Part shown: positions 33,709-46,619 of the stretch, piece after piece
How the letters are laid out: each line of letters starts with the position of its first letter
Position numbering within the stretch: position 1 is the stretch's first letter
DNA from: an uncultured Spirochaetota bacterium
GTDB taxonomy: Bacteria; Spirochaetota; Spirochaetia; SZUA-6; Fen-1364
Length of the DNA stretch: 64,000 bases
Assembly (NCBI GenBank): GCA_963820525.1
Contig: CAWGAA010000001.1
Span: 704,001 to 768,000, forward strand
Reading direction: 5' to 3'
Notes under the pieces: generated by a model
Seen by the model: the letters and a program-made list of their open reading frames with translations, nothing else
What the model was told of the DNA's origin: nothing
Databases searched by the model: none
Program-made: the position numbers and the translations under genes

Positions 33709-34358
33709 ATATTTTTCAAAGACTAACTTATCAATAATATTGTTCTTGCTTTCCTGAATTGCTTACTTTGCACATTTATAGCTTTAAAGAAAGCGCTATA
33801 ACATGCTGTTGGAGTTGACCGCCTGGGCTACTCTTCGTTAGCAATAATCACTTGCGTTGAACCTTTGCACCTGGATGATTCGGGCCGGCAACTCAACAGC
33901 GTCGTTATATCCATCTAGATTTATATTGATTAGCAAATAAGCAACGAATTATTAATTCAAGAATAGAAGATAAGAAGCTTTTCAATATCTTTATTTCCCA
34001 TGATGGCGTTGGCATTGTTCTGGAAGTATGGTGGTGTTGTACTAGTTTGCCAGCCTGTTTTTAGTTTCAAGGCATGGCACGTCACCTTGCCTTATTATCA
34101 CCGATTACACTCTACGGCTTAGATCAAGCTCTTTCAATTGATTCGATAGATCTTTTCTGCTTTCCTCAACGCCATCATACTTGATGGATATAACATGCTG
34201 TTGGAGTTGACCCCTTAACACACGTTTGGAAACGTGCAGCATATGTTGTTAAACCGCCGCTACCCTGCTTCGGGCGGCGGGGCAACTCAACAGCGTCGTT
34301 ATGCGTATTTTAAATATTCCATTATGCTAAGATGATACCTTAATTAAAGGGGTGATTT

Positions 34359-35075
34359 ATGGAATACAGTTCTAAGAAAAAATGCTTTGTATTAATGCCA
34401 TTTGAGGTAAAATATGTCGAAATTTATTCAGAAGTATATAAGTCAGTTTGCGAAAGCAATGGTGTTTCCTGCTGGCGTGTTGACGAAATATCTCGTCCTG
34501 GTTCAATAACAAAAGATATTGTTGATGGAATTCTTGATGCAGATTTAATTATTGCAGATTTAACTAGCAGAAATCCTAATGTTTTTTATGAATTGGGTAT
34601 TGCTCATAGTACAGGAAATAAGACAATAATGACATCCCAGAATAAGGGAGATGTTCCTTTCGATATATCAAATTATAGAATTATTTTCTATGAACAGTCA
34701 ATTCTAGGAAGTAAAAAGTTATTTCGTGATCTCGATCATGCGATAAAAGAATTGCTTAAAAGTCTTTTAAATACAAACAACCCTGTTCAAGAAGTATTAT
34801 CTAACCGTTCAATAATTGGCCTGCGAAAGAGAATTCCAATAATGAGTGTTATTAGTCCCAAAAGGACATATAATCAGATTAGACAATTAATTATCAAAGA
34901 AAATATCCAATACGTTGATGAATTAAAGAGATTAAACCTAGAAGGAATTAAAAGAAAATATAAAATGGGACCAATAATAATGGGTACTCTTGTTCGGGTA
35001 ATGCTAGATAACGATGCTTATGATGATTTATCAGAATTACAAAAGTTTATTTTAAAATACAATCTTGATACCTAA
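34359..35075 (+). CDS. Nucleoside 2-deoxyribosyltransferase/TIR-like domain protein
   Basis: CFVLMPF...RVDE...ADLIIADLTSRNPNVFYELGIAH...VPFDI. Confidence 0.75.
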   Translation: MEYSSKKKCFVLMPFEVKYVEIYSEVYKSVCESNGVSCWRVDEISRPGSITKDIVDGILDADLIIADLTSRNPNVFYELGIAHSTGNKTIMTSQNKGDVPFDISNYRIIFYEQSILGSKKLFRDLDHAIKELLKSLLNTNNPVQEVLSNRSIIGLRKRIPIMSVISPKRTYNQIRQLIIKENIQYVDELKRLNLEGIKRKYKMGPIIMGTLVRVMLDNDAYDDLSELQKFILKYNLDT

Positions 35076-36066
35076 ATATCAAAATACGCATAACATGCTG
35101 TTGGAGTTGACCGCCTAGGCTACGCGTCGTGACTGATAGCTATGCGCGCTTAAGTCTTTGTACTTGGATGATTCGGGGCGGCAACTCAACAGCGTCGTTA
35201 CATCCACGCTAATAATTTCTTTGAGAGAATATTTTGCCTGTTCTGTTTTGAATTATTCAAAGCAAATAAAGAATTCGATTTAGCAATCTTGCAGGTTTTA
35301 CTTTGGTGAATTCCTCTGATACTTTTGCGCGGGCCATGTAAGTTCCCATTGGAACAGCTCGCGCTCATTAGCTGAAAGGGCGTTATTAACCTTTCTGGAA
35401 TCGTATTCTTTCGCTATTGGTTGAATTCTATCATCAATCAACTAACCTTATATTTTTTTCATATCGTGAAGCTTCTTTGCTGGCCCGCGCATATTGTTCT
35501 GTTTCCGCGTAGATGTAACATGCGGTTGGAGCAGACCGCTTTGACTACGCATCGTTACTGATAGCTACGCGTGTTAAAACCAATTGTACCTTGATGATGC
35601 GGCGCGGCTGCTCAACCGCGTCGTTACATCCAACGCTAAGAAATATCTTATTGAAGATTCCATATGGCTGCTTAGGATTACTCAAGATAAATGAAGACTA
35701 TTCGATTCAGCTGCATATGCTACCTTGTTGAATTCTTGTCTTACTTTTGCGCGGGCCATGTAAGTTCCTATTGGAACAGCTCTCGCCCATTAGCTGAAAG
35801 GGCATTATTAACCTTTCCTGCATCATTTTCTTTCGCTTTGCCTGAATTCTATCATCAATCAACTAACCTTAGATTTCCTTCATATCTTGAAGCTTCTTTG
35901 TTGGCCCGCGCATATTGTTCTGTTTCCGCGTAGATGTAACATTCGGTTGGAGCAGACCGCTTAGCCTACGCTTCGTTACTTATTCCTACGTGTGTTAAAG
36001 CAATTGTACCTGTATTATGCGGAGCGGCTGCTCAACCGGGCGTTATGCGGCTTTAAGGGGCAATAA

Positions 36067-36687
36067 TTGAAGCGTTTATTAACACCACTATTCATCTTCA
36101 TATTATTCATGAATAGACTTGCAGCACAGGATATTCGCATAGAAGGAATTTCATTTCATGCAAAGCTGAAATCTCAAAATCTCGATCTCATTGTTAAAAA
36201 AGACGTTGGTGTTTTCAAATTGATGAAGTTTGTTGTTTCGCCTATGCATTCAATCGAGTGTATTTCTTCACAATTCATTTTAAGTGATCAACTTCGGCAA
36301 CTTCATCGCGAATGGGGTATAGATCAGGTTAAAGAAGACAAGGCTTTTCATGATTCTATCGAAAAGCAATTAGCATTCTGGCAGAAAGAACTTGAGAATT
36401 CTATCTTTTCAGTTTTTGGAATCCAAGAAGCCCTTAATCTATACATAATCAGCCGTTCCACTTTTAATGACCGTGACTATATAATTTATCAATATAGCGG
36501 CAGTGACGCTATCTATGGCGGTTACCTTGCATTTCTAGATAAAAAAGGAATGCTTTTAGAAAATATTCCACTCGTCGAGGATCAAGCTCGTGAAACGATC
36601 GGTACTGCATTTTTGATAGATGAACATTCAGTACTTGTATTACGGCAAGGCCTTAATATGATATTTATTTACCTGGAGTATTTTTAG
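36067..36687 (+). CDS. Hypothetical exported protein
   Basis: Signal-peptide-like N-terminus; fills cassette 36042-36729. Confidence 0.7.
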   Translation: MKRLLTPLFIFILFMNRLAAQDIRIEGISFHAKLKSQNLDLIVKKDVGVFKLMKFVVSPMHSIECISSQFILSDQLRQLHREWGIDQVKEDKAFHDSIEKQLAFWQKELENSIFSVFGIQEALNLYIISRSTFNDRDYIIYQYSGSDAIYGGYLAFLDKKGMLLENIPLVEDQARETIGTAFLIDEHSVLVLRQGLNMIFIYLEYF

Positions 36688-39366
36688 TATTCTTTGTACT
36701 ATTTATCAAGCATATAGTAGCCGCATAACATGCTGTTGGAGTTGACCGCCTAGGCTACGCTTCGTCACCAATAACGACGCGCGCTAAAGCCTTTGTACTT
36801 GGATGATTCGGGGCGGCAACTCAACAGCGTCGTTACATTCAACGCTAAGATAGATCTTTTGGAATATTCCCTATATTCTGCGTAGAATCACTCAAGATAA
36901 AGAAGACTATACGATTTAGCTTTATATGTTACTTTGTCGAATTCTTGTTTTACTTTTGCGCGGGCCATGTAAGTTCCCATTGGAACAGCTCGCGCTCATT
37001 AGCTTAAAGGGCATTATTACCTTTTAAAATCCTTTTATTTCACTATTGCTTGAATTCTATCTTCAATCAACCAACCTTGTATTTTGTTCCTATCTTAGAC
37101 TTCTCTGTCGGCCCGCGCATATTGTTCTGTTTCCGCGTAAATGTAACAAGTCGTTGCAGCTGACCGCCTGGGCTACGCGTCGTTACAAATAATTACGCGT
37201 GCTGTAGCATATACACTTTTCCTGATTCGGGGCGGCAGCTGAACTCCATGTTACATTCAACGCTAAGAATTTGTAGGAAGATTCCCTTTGTTTTTCTATT
37301 ATAACTCAAGATAAATGAAGACTATTCAATTTAGCTATATTGCATATTTTACCTCGTTGAATTCTTGTCTTACTTTTGCGCGGGCCATGTAAGTTCCCAT
37401 TGGAACAGCTCGCGCTCATTAGCTGAAAGGGCGTTATTAACCTTTCTGGAATCGTATTCTTTCGCTATTGGTTGAATTCTATCATCAATCAATCAACCTT
37501 GTATTTCGTTCATATCTTAGACTTCTCTGTTGGCCCGCGCATATTGTTCTGTTTCCGCGTAGATGTAACATTCGGTTGGAGCAGACCGCTTAGCCTACGC
37601 TTCGTTACTTATTCCTAGGTGTGTTAAAGCAATTGTACCTGTATTATGCGGCACGGCTGCTCAACCGGGCGTTACATCCACGCTAATAATTTCTTTGAGA
37701 GAATATTTTGCCTGTTCTGTTTTGAATTATTCAAAGCAAATAAAGAATTCGATTTAGCAATCTTGCAGGTTTTACTTTGGTGAATTCCTCTGATACTTTT
37801 GCGCGGGCCATGTAAGTTCCCATTGGAACAGCTCGCGCCCATTAGCTTAAAGGGCATTATTAACCTTTTTAGAATCGTATTCTTTCGCTATTGGTTGAAT
37901 TCTATCATCAATCAACTAACCTTGTATTTCATTCATATCTTAGACTTCTCTGTTGGCCCGCGCATATTGTTTTGTTTCCGCGTAAATGTAACATTCGGTT
38001 GGAGCAGACCGCTTAGCCTACGCGTCGTTACTGATTGTTACGCTTGCTAAAATAATTGTACCTGGATGATGCGGCGCGGCTGCTCAACCGTGCGTTACAT
38101 TCAACGCTAAGAATTCTTTTATAGGAAGATTCCCTTTGTTTTTCTATTATAACTCAAGATAGATGAAGACTATTTAATTTAGCTATATTGCATATTTTAC
38201 CTCGTTGAATTCTTGTCTTACTTTTGCGCGGGCCATGTAAGTTCCCATTGGAACAGCTCGCGCTCATTAGCTGAAAGGGCGTTATTAACCTTTCTGGAAT
38301 CTTATTCTTTCGCTATTGGTTGAATTCTATCATCAATCAATCAACCTTGTATTTCGTTCATATCTTAGACTTCTCTGTTGGCCCGCGCATATTGTTTTGT
38401 TTCCGCGTAAATGTAACATTCGGTTGGAGCAGACCGCTTGGGCTACGCATCGTTACTAATTGCTACGCTTGCTAAAATAATTGTACCTAGATGATTCGGC
38501 GCGGCTGCTCAACCGTGCGTTATATCCAATCTAGATTTATATTGATTATCGAATAGGCAACGAATTAGTAATTCAATAAAAAGAGATAATACGTGTTTCA
38601 ATAGCTTGTTTAACCATGATGGCGTTGGCATTGCTCTGGAAGGATGGCGGTGTTGTACTAATGTTGCTTGCTTGCTCTTAGTTTCAATACACTGCACGTC
38701 ACCGTGGCTTAATGGTCAACGATTTCATTATAGGGCTCGGATCAAGCTCTTTCTCTTGAAACAACAACTCTTTTCTGTTGTCCTCAACGCCATCATACTG
38801 GATGGATATAACATGCTGTTGGAGTTGTCCGCCTAGGCTACGCGTCGTTACTTATAGCTACGTTTGCTAGGGTTCCTTCGGTTGCTGATTCGGGGCGGCA
38901 ACTCAACAGCGTCGTTATATCCGATCAAATTTATGGTGATTAGCAATGAATTAAATAATTATTAATTCAATAATATTGGAGAAGAGGTTTTTCAATAACT
39001 TGCTTTTCCATGATGGCGTTGTCATTTCTCTGGAAGATTGGCGGTGTTGTACTACATTTCCTGCTTATTGCTAGCTTCAATACCCTGCACGTCACCTTGG
39101 CGTATTATCACCGATTACATTCAACGGCTCGGATCAAGTTCATTTTATTGATTCGATAGCATTTTTTCTGCTTTCCTCAACGCCATCATACTTGATGGAT
39201 ATAACATGCTGTTGGAGTTGTCCGCCTAGGCTACGCGTCGTGACTTATAGCTACGCGCTGTAAAGCCTTTGTACTTGGATGAATCGGGGCGGCAACTCAA
39301 CAGCGTCGTTATCTCCATCTAAAATTATGCTTATTAGCAATGAAACAATGAATTATACATAGCGTC

Positions 39367-39909
39367 CTAAGTAATTGCGCATAGACGACGTAATGTTTCA
39401 TTTGGAGCCTCCCACTGAGCGAAGCGGTCTTCAACCGCGGACGTGACATCGCTCATAGTAGGGAAGTATCTGTTATGCAGACAGAGCCGTCTGGTGAGCT
39501 TCCACATCCTTTCGATTGGGTTCAGATCGGGACTATACGGCGGCAGATAATCGAGTATGAAAGATGCACTGTGCTCCTCGCGCCACTGCTTGTGGAGCTT
39601 TGCATGGTGGTATCTAGCATTATCAGTGATCACGACGATGCGCCTTTGACTCTTTGAAGTTCTGAAGCGCAATTGCTTCATGAACACGAAGAATGTATTC
39701 GCGTCGAAACTATCCTCTTCGCGTTTGAAGAAGAATTTGCCGTCGCGCAGACGAACGGCACCGAAGTATCCCACGCTCTTTCGCCCGGGATAATGTAACA
39801 GTACCGGATCTTTGACTTCGGGTGGAACCCACATTCGGCATCGTGAGCCGTACTGCTGAAAGTGTACCTCATCCGTCGCCCACAAATCTATCTCTTCATC
39901 CAGCATCAA
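39367..39909 (-). CDS. IS630 transposase, DDE part
   Basis: TDEVHF, ITDNARYH, LPPYSPDLNPIERMW. Confidence 0.9.
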   Translation of the reverse strand: MMLDEEIDLWATDEVHFQQYGSRCRMWVPPEVKDPVLLHYPGRKSVGYFGAVRLRDGKFFFKREEDSFDANTFFVFMKQLRFRTSKSQRRIVVITDNARYHHAKLHKQWREEHSASFILDYLPPYSPDLNPIERMWKLTRRLCLHNRYFPTMSDVTSAVEDRFAQWEAPNETLRRLCAIT

Positions 39910-40304
39910 CGCCTTGAGTTTTTTTTATAATCGGTCTGGCGAGCCGGATCGGCTCGCGCAATTATTGGGCGAGGCTTGCGTAGTCGGAAGTTGAGTTGTC
40001 GAAAGACGCGTTGACATTGACGTACACCCAATCTGACTTTATAGCGCTGTACAATGAAGGCGGAGAGTGTCTTTCCATCCCATAGGTTACCAGACAATCC
40101 AGCAGCAGTTGGTGATTGTCGAAGAGCGCGGCTTACTTCTTGTATTTGCTCAGGTTTGAGGCGTGTGGGTCGTCCAGTTCGGTCGCCTTCAACAATGCCC
40201 GCGAGTCCCTCCGCCTCGAAGCGGCGAATCCAATACTGCACGGTTCGGGGTGCATCGCCAAGAAAATGCGCAACCTCAATACAGCTCATTCCCTGGGCTA
40301 CTAG

Positions 40305-42033
40305 CCCGGATTTCTCATACTCCTACTATTAAAAAGCCTTTCGCCCTGGTATAATTGCTTTGCAAACAACAAAATACACCAGAACAGAAAGGCTTCAAGA
40401 TGCAAACAGACTGTATTCCAAACCTCTTCGGATTTCAAGACCTCGGGGACAGAAAAGTCATCACAAGCTTCGACGGCGGAATGATCAGTTCGGATGCAGG
40501 GGCACTACTCCTTCGTGAAGTCGCACTGACAACGGACTATTTGCGTCAGTTCGCAGACTGTTTCTGTGATTTCCGTAATCAGCGGTTCGTCGAGCACAGC
40601 GTGCGGGAGTTGGTGAGCCAGAAGGTGATCGGGTTGTGCCTGGGCTATGAGGACACCAACGATCAGGACATGCTGCGCCACGATCCGCTTTTCGCCACCC
40701 TTTGCGGCAAGGCCGATCCCAGCGGGCAGGATAGAAGTCATGCCAGGGACAAGGGCAAGGCATGTGCGGGGAAAAGCACGCTCAACCGGCTTGAAACCTG
40801 TGAGGGGTTTTGGAAGATCACAGGGGCGAAAAAGATCGTTAGCGATGAGACAATGATCGAGAAGTTCTTCGTGAAGTCCTTCCTGAAAAGCTACCCGGGG
40901 CGACCCAAGCAAATCGTGCTGGACCTGGATGTGACGAACAACGAGCTTCACGGCAAGCAGGAGGGGCGGTTCTTCCATGGACACTACGATTGCTACTGCT
41001 ATCTGCCGCTGTACATCTTCTGCGGGGATTACCTGTTGTGCGCGAAGCTGCGCACGGCTGACGTGGACCCTGCCAAGGGAGTGACGAAGGAGCTGGAACG
41101 TATCGTGGGCATGATCCGCTCGCGGTGGAAGCAGGTTCGAATCATCATCCGTGGGGACAGTGGCTTCTGCCGGGATGAGCTGATGAGCTGGTGCGAGAAG
41201 CATGGCCTTTTCTATGTCATTGGCCTGGCGAGAAATACGCGACTTGTCCAGCGGATCAAGAAACAGCTTCGACTGGCTTGTGTGGAGCACGTACGCACGG
41301 GAAAGCCGGCTCGCCGCTTCAGCAGTTTCGGGTATCGTACCCGAAAGACCTGGAGCCGTACCCGACGGATTGTGGCCAAAGCGGAGTACACCGAGGGCAA
41401 GGAGAATCCGCGTTTTATAGTGACCAATCTCCCGGCTGAGCTCCATGATCCCGGGGAGCTCTACGAGGATGTCTATTGTGCTCGCGGCGAGATGGAAAAC
41501 CGCATCAAGGAGCAGCAGCTCTACCTTTTCGCGGACCGTAGCTCATGCTCGCTGATGAAGGCGAACCAGCTTCGACTTTGGTTCTCTGCCGTTGGATATG
41601 TGCTGATGAGTGAGTTCCGTCGACGTGCTTTGCGCGGCACGGAACTTGCCAACGCGACCTGCCAGACGATCCGGTTAAAGCTTTTCAAGATAGGCGCCCT
41701 GGTGAGAGTGAGTGTTCGCCGTGTGCTTATAAGTATGTCGACAGGATATCCGTATCGAGAACTTTTTCTGACGGCATATCGCGCACTTCAAGCCTCGCCT
41801 CCGTTATTGAACTGAAGGAACAGGAGGGTACCGCTTGCAATGCCAAGGCAGAGGTCTGTCCTGGAAATATGAAAACTGCCTGGCAGGAGGCGTATCAGGC
41901 GGAAAGCGCACATTCGCCAGGGATTCTGCCGGGCTTTTTGCTTCGGTAAATAGACGTTTCTCTGGTAACAAGAATATTTACCCGTTTCTATCGCAAACCG
42001 GCTAAAACCGGTGAGGGGTATGAGAAATCCGGG
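40305..42033 (+). mobile_element. IS1380 family element nested in IS630
   Basis: 16-bp TIR CCCGGATTTCTCATAC; CTAG TSD at 40301-04 and 42034-37. Confidence 0.93.
40400..41815 (+). CDS. IS1380 family transposase
   Basis: FDGGMISSDAGALLL, LDLD, RGDSGF, YCARGEMENRIKEQQ. Start taken as ATG 40400. Confidence 0.93.
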   Translation: MQTDCIPNLFGFQDLGDRKVITSFDGGMISSDAGALLLREVALTTDYLRQFADCFCDFRNQRFVEHSVRELVSQKVIGLCLGYEDTNDQDMLRHDPLFATLCGKADPSGQDRSHARDKGKACAGKSTLNRLETCEGFWKITGAKKIVSDETMIEKFFVKSFLKSYPGRPKQIVLDLDVTNNELHGKQEGRFFHGHYDCYCYLPLYIFCGDYLLCAKLRTADVDPAKGVTKELERIVGMIRSRWKQVRIIIRGDSGFCRDELMSWCEKHGLFYVIGLARNTRLVQRIKKQLRLACVEHVRTGKPARRFSSFGYRTRKTWSRTRRIVAKAEYTEGKENPRFIVTNLPAELHDPGELYEDVYCARGEMENRIKEQQLYLFADRSSCSLMKANQLRLWFSAVGYVLMSEFRRRALRGTELANATCQTIRLKLFKIGALVRVSVRRVLISMSTGYPYRELFLTAYRALQASPPLLN

Positions 42034-43035
42034 CTAGCAGAATGCCATGAAGTCGATGATCATAGCGGGATTCCTGTGAACGACGGATTTCGTCTTGCAG
42101 TCCAAGGATGATAGTGGGGGCATCCGCGATAATCAGTTGTTTCATTCCTATATAAAATCACATTATGCAATTATGCGCAATTACTTAAGACGCTCTGTAT
42201 AATAATTCAATAATATAGGATAAGACGTTTTTCAATTTCATGTTTGCCCATGATGGCGTTGGCATTGCTCTGGAAGGATGGCGGTGTTGTACTACATTGC
42301 CTGCTTGTCTTTAATTTCAATGCATGGCACGTCACCTTGGCTTATTATCACCGATTACATTCTACGGCTCGGATCAAGCTCTTTCAATTGATTCGATAGA
42401 TCTTTTCTGCTTTCCTCAACGCCATCATACTGGATGGAGATAACATGTCGTTGCAGCTGACCGCCCAAGCTACGCGTCGTTACCGTAAACTACGCTCACT
42501 CAAGCATTTGTTTATTCTTATGCGGGGCGGCAGCTGAACTCATCGTTACATCCACGCTAATAATTTCTTTGAGAGAATATTTTGCCTGTTCTGTTTTGAA
42601 TTATTCAAAGCAAATAAAGAATTCTATTTAGCAATCTTGCAGGTTTTACTTTGGTGAATTCCTCTGATACTTTTGCGCGGGCCATGTAAGTTCCCATTGG
42701 AACAGCTCGCGCCCATTAGCTGAAAGGGTATCATCAACTTTTAACATCATTTTCTTTCGCTATGCCCGAATTCTATCATCAATCAATTAACCTTATATTT
42801 TCTTTATATCGTGAAGCTTCTTTGCTGGCCCGCGCATATTGTTCTGTTTCCGCGTAGATGTAACATGCTGTTGGAGTTGTCCGCCTAGGCTACGCGTCGT
42901 TACTGATAGCTACGCGTGTTGAAGTATTTGTACTTAGATGATTCGGGGCGGCAACTCAACAGCGTCGTTACACGGCTCTAAAAAACTATATTTACAGAAG
43001 TATCTCATTCTCTGCAATAAGAGGATTAAGCAAAC

Positions 43036-43761
43036 GTGATCAAACTAGTAACAGAATATAGTGATGTTGGCGATGCTAGAATTGCATATAGACAAAATGG
43101 AACTGGGCCTGTCTTGTTTCTACTACATGGAAACTCCGCTAGCAAGAAAGAGTTTACAAAGTATCAACTAGATTATTTCAAGGACTTCAATACAATCGCT
43201 TTAGACTCTAGAGGACATGGTGAAACTATCTCTACTGATACAGAATATACCTTTGATAAATATAGTGATGACGTTATCGCTTTTTGTGCTAGCAAGCAAA
43301 TCTCTAATGCATATATTATCGGTTATAGTGATGGAGGGAATCTAGCACTGCATCTAGCTAAAAAAGCTCCACACATATTTAAAAAGATTATTGCAATATC
43401 TCCTAACTATTTAGCTGATGGACTTAAAGAAAAGTTTAGTAATAACCTCAAGAAAATTATGAAAGTATTATCATTCCTTAGGCAAATAGGAATTCCAACA
43501 AAAATAATTATGATGCGCTTTGAATTAATGACAAATGATATTGGCTTAACAGAAGACGATTTGAAAGGTATTAATACTAGTGTAAAGATCTTATATGCCG
43601 AAAATGATTTAATTAAGGAACAACATATTATTAAATTAGCATGCTTAATTCCGGAGTCCATTGTGAACAAGATAATGAAGTCAAATCATTTGACAATATT
43701 CTATAAGAAAGAAACTATAGAATGCATTCGAGAATATCTAAAGGCTGAAAGAGCCGTGTAA
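43036..43761 (+). CDS. Alpha/beta fold hydrolase
   Basis: LLHGN, DSRGHG, GYSDGG; stop codon lies in R''. Confidence 0.88.
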   Translation: MIKLVTEYSDVGDARIAYRQNGTGPVLFLLHGNSASKKEFTKYQLDYFKDFNTIALDSRGHGETISTDTEYTFDKYSDDVIAFCASKQISNAYIIGYSDGGNLALHLAKKAPHIFKKIIAISPNYLADGLKEKFSNNLKKIMKVLSFLRQIGIPTKIIMMRFELMTNDIGLTEDDLKGINTSVKILYAENDLIKEQHIIKLACLIPESIVNKIMKSNHLTIFYKKETIECIREYLKAERAV

Positions 43762-44470
43762 CATGCTGTTGGAGTTGACCGCCTAGGCTACGCTTCGTCA
43801 CTGATAGCTACGCTCATTGGAGCCTTTGTACTTGGATGATTCGGGGCGGCAACTCAACAGCGTCGTTACATCCACGCTAATAATTTCTTTGAGAGAATAT
43901 TTTGCCTATTCTGTTTTGAATTATTCAAAGCAAATAAAGAATTCGATTTAGCAATCTTGCAGGTTTTACTTTGTTGAATTCCTCTGATACTTTTGCGCGG
44001 GCCATGTAAGTTCCCATTGGAACAGCTTGCGCCCATTAGCTGAAAGGGCATCATCAACTTTTAACATCATTTTCTTTCGCTATGCCCGAATTCTATCATC
44101 AATCAACTAACCTTATATTTTCTTCATATCGTGAAGCTTCTTTGCTGGCCCGCGCATATTGTTCTGTTTCCGCGTAGATGTAACATGCGGTTGGAGCAGA
44201 CCGCTTGGACTACGCGTCGTTACTGATTGCTACGCAAGTTAAAGTAATTGTACCTGTATGATACGGCGCGGCTGCTCAACCGCGTCGTTAGACGCTTAAA
44301 AGTAAAGGCGCCAAGTATCAGCAGACCGGACAGGTAGTTTCTTTTCAGCGGACGAATTGGCTCGCTAAGATTCCGATCATCCGAGGCTTTAGCTTATGAT
44401 GCCTGAGTAGAGGGCATAGCCTTATGGCTGAACTATGGATTGAGGAACGTTTTTGGCGTAGGATCCAACC

Positions 44471-44941
44471 ATGAGCCGAAAGCAATCAAACACGCAGTAC
44501 CTACTGAAGGTAAACCTGAAAGGGGCAAAAAGGATCTGGCGTTTAATAGCCCTGCGAGGTGACCAGACTCTTAATGATCTGCACGAAACGATTTATAGCG
44601 CATTCGACCGGGACGATGAACACCTATATTCGTTTTACTTTCCAAAGGCATTAACTGGCAGGGAAAGACATACATTTAGATCAAAGGAATATACGTCTCC
44701 AATTGCGCTACAGGAACCAAATCCACTTTCGGATGAGAGGCCATTTAACGCGGCTCGTACAAGGCTTGATGATTTACATCTCCACGTAGGGCAAACATTC
44801 GAATACCTATTTGATTTTGGAGATATGTGGTGGCACGAACTAAAGATTGTTGCCATAAAACCCGTGGAAACTAATGAGAATCTGCCAAAGGTATTAGAGA
44901 GTCATGGCGACTCCCCACAACAATATCCCTCTAACGAATAG
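44471..44941 (+). CDS. Plasmid pRiA4b ORF-3-like protein
   Basis: IWR.I......TL.DLH..I..AF....EHLYSF...YLFDFGDMWWHE. Confidence 0.85.
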   Translation: MSRKQSNTQYLLKVNLKGAKRIWRLIALRGDQTLNDLHETIYSAFDRDDEHLYSFYFPKALTGRERHTFRSKEYTSPIALQEPNPLSDERPFNAARTRLDDLHLHVGQTFEYLFDFGDMWWHELKIVAIKPVETNENLPKVLESHGDSPQQYPSNE

Positions 44942-45678
44942 TGATGCCGAAAGAAAGGAGAAAGTTACTATAGTGCATTCTTGCCACATTATTTCCGAGT
45001 TAAAGTAAATAATATATTATTATTAGAAGCTATTACTAGGAATAGAAATTAAAGTTACGCGTCTAACATGCTGTTGGAGTTGACCCCTTAGCCTACGTTT
45101 GTAAAGTGCAGCATATGTTGCTAAACCGCCGCTACCCTGCTTCGGGCGGCGGGGCAACTCAACAGCGTCGTTATCTCCATCTCAATTTATCTTGATTAGA
45201 AATGAAGTAAAGAATTATTAATTCAATGATCTTTGATAAGACGTTTTTCAATAGCTTGTTTGCACATGATGGCGTTGGCATTGCTCTGGAAGGATGGCGG
45301 TGTTGTACTACATTGGTTGCTTGTTTTTAGTTTCAATGTATGGCACGTCACCTTGGCTTATTGTCACCGATTACATTCAACGGCTCGTATCAAGCTCTTT
45401 CAATTGATTCGATAGATCTCTTCTGCTTTCCTCAACGCCATCATACTGGATGGACATAACATGCGGTTGGAGTTGTCCGCCTAGGTTACGCGTCGTTACC
45501 GATTGTTACGCTTGCTATGGTTCCTTCGGTTGCTGATTCGGGGCGGCAACTCAACCGCGTCGTTATAGCTCATAAGAATGGTGGAGAGTTATTCTGTTGC
45601 TGTTCGATTCTTTAGCTTGACAAGTTGTATCAAATGGTAAAGGGTTGCTCCCATAATAATCCTTATTGGAGGCTCAAA

Positions 45679-46248
45679 GTGAAACTGGCTCTATATGCAT
45701 TAATCTTTTCTATAGTCACTCTTGAAGGTTGTATTTCATTTCGCAATGGTGACATGTCTCAGGCGGAAAGCCAAGAAAATGTTACTTATCAAAAGAAAAG
45801 CTGCAATTATGAACTTGTATTAGACTATCCTTCCGATACCGGTGCCTTATCGAAGAATGAAATAATCAAACTCACAAATTCCCTTCTTATACATTCTGGA
45901 TACTTCTCCAATGTTAAGGAATCTAAGGACCCGGCTGATCTCAATCTAATAATAAGAATAAATGTAATGCTTTCAAGAAGTGCGGTCAGTCTTTCTGCGA
46001 TAATATCCGGCGCAACCCTCGGACTTATTCCATCTTGGTTTTCTCAAGATATTGAGGTTTATATAGATGCTAATAATGCAGCAATAAATAAGAAGTCGTA
46101 TATTTATAGGGAACGTGCAACAACCGTAGCATGGCTGCCCTTTTTAATCGTTTCTCCCTTTTTTACTGTTGAAAATATGCGCAACGAACTCATTAAAAAT
46201 ATGTTCAATCATCTAATAATTGATATGAAAGGGGATAATATATTATAA
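45679..46248 (+). CDS. Putative lipoprotein
   Basis: GGAGG precedes GTG 45679; MKLALYALIFSIVTLEG-C lipobox-like signal; ATLGLIP motif. Confidence 0.7.
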   Translation: MKLALYALIFSIVTLEGCISFRNGDMSQAESQENVTYQKKSCNYELVLDYPSDTGALSKNEIIKLTNSLLIHSGYFSNVKESKDPADLNLIIRINVMLSRSAVSLSAIISGATLGLIPSWFSQDIEVYIDANNAAINKKSYIYRERATTVAWLPFLIVSPFFTVENMRNELIKNMFNHLIIDMKGDNIL

Positions 46249-46619
46249 CCCTGCCGGGGACTATTGCCTTGCTTGCTCTTTGATTTTGCTATAAGAAACT
46301 ACATATAGGTCAATATTAAAATATGAGCTATAACAAGTCGTTGCAGCTGACCGCCTAGGCGACGCGTCATTACCAAATAGTTACGCGTGCTCATGTATTT
46401 GTTCTTTCTTGATTCGGGGCGGCAGCTGAACTCCATGTTATCTCTCTCAAAGATCTTCTAATAGATAGGCCTTATTGATACTTTTAGCTGCATCTTGCGA
46501 ATTCTATATATCTGAGATATCCTAGCCACGCCTTCTGGGATTTCTTTTCAAACTGTCAGATGTAGGGCTGACGATTACGCTCAAACTGTTGGATTTGTAG
46601 GCCAACTGTAAACCACCAA

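Larger units (their letters stand above)
39906..42146 (-). pseudogene. IS630 transposase HTH part, split by IS1380
   Basis: Matches 56413-56919 but is interrupted at CTAG 40301-40304. Confidence 0.85.
39356..42199 (-). mobile_element. IS630 element carrying a nested IS1380 (composite 1)
   Basis: 28-bp TIR TACA(T/G)AGCGTC(C/T)TAAGTAATTGCGCATA; TA duplication at 39354-55 and 42200-01; inside family A cassette 39308-42444. Confidence 0.94.
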
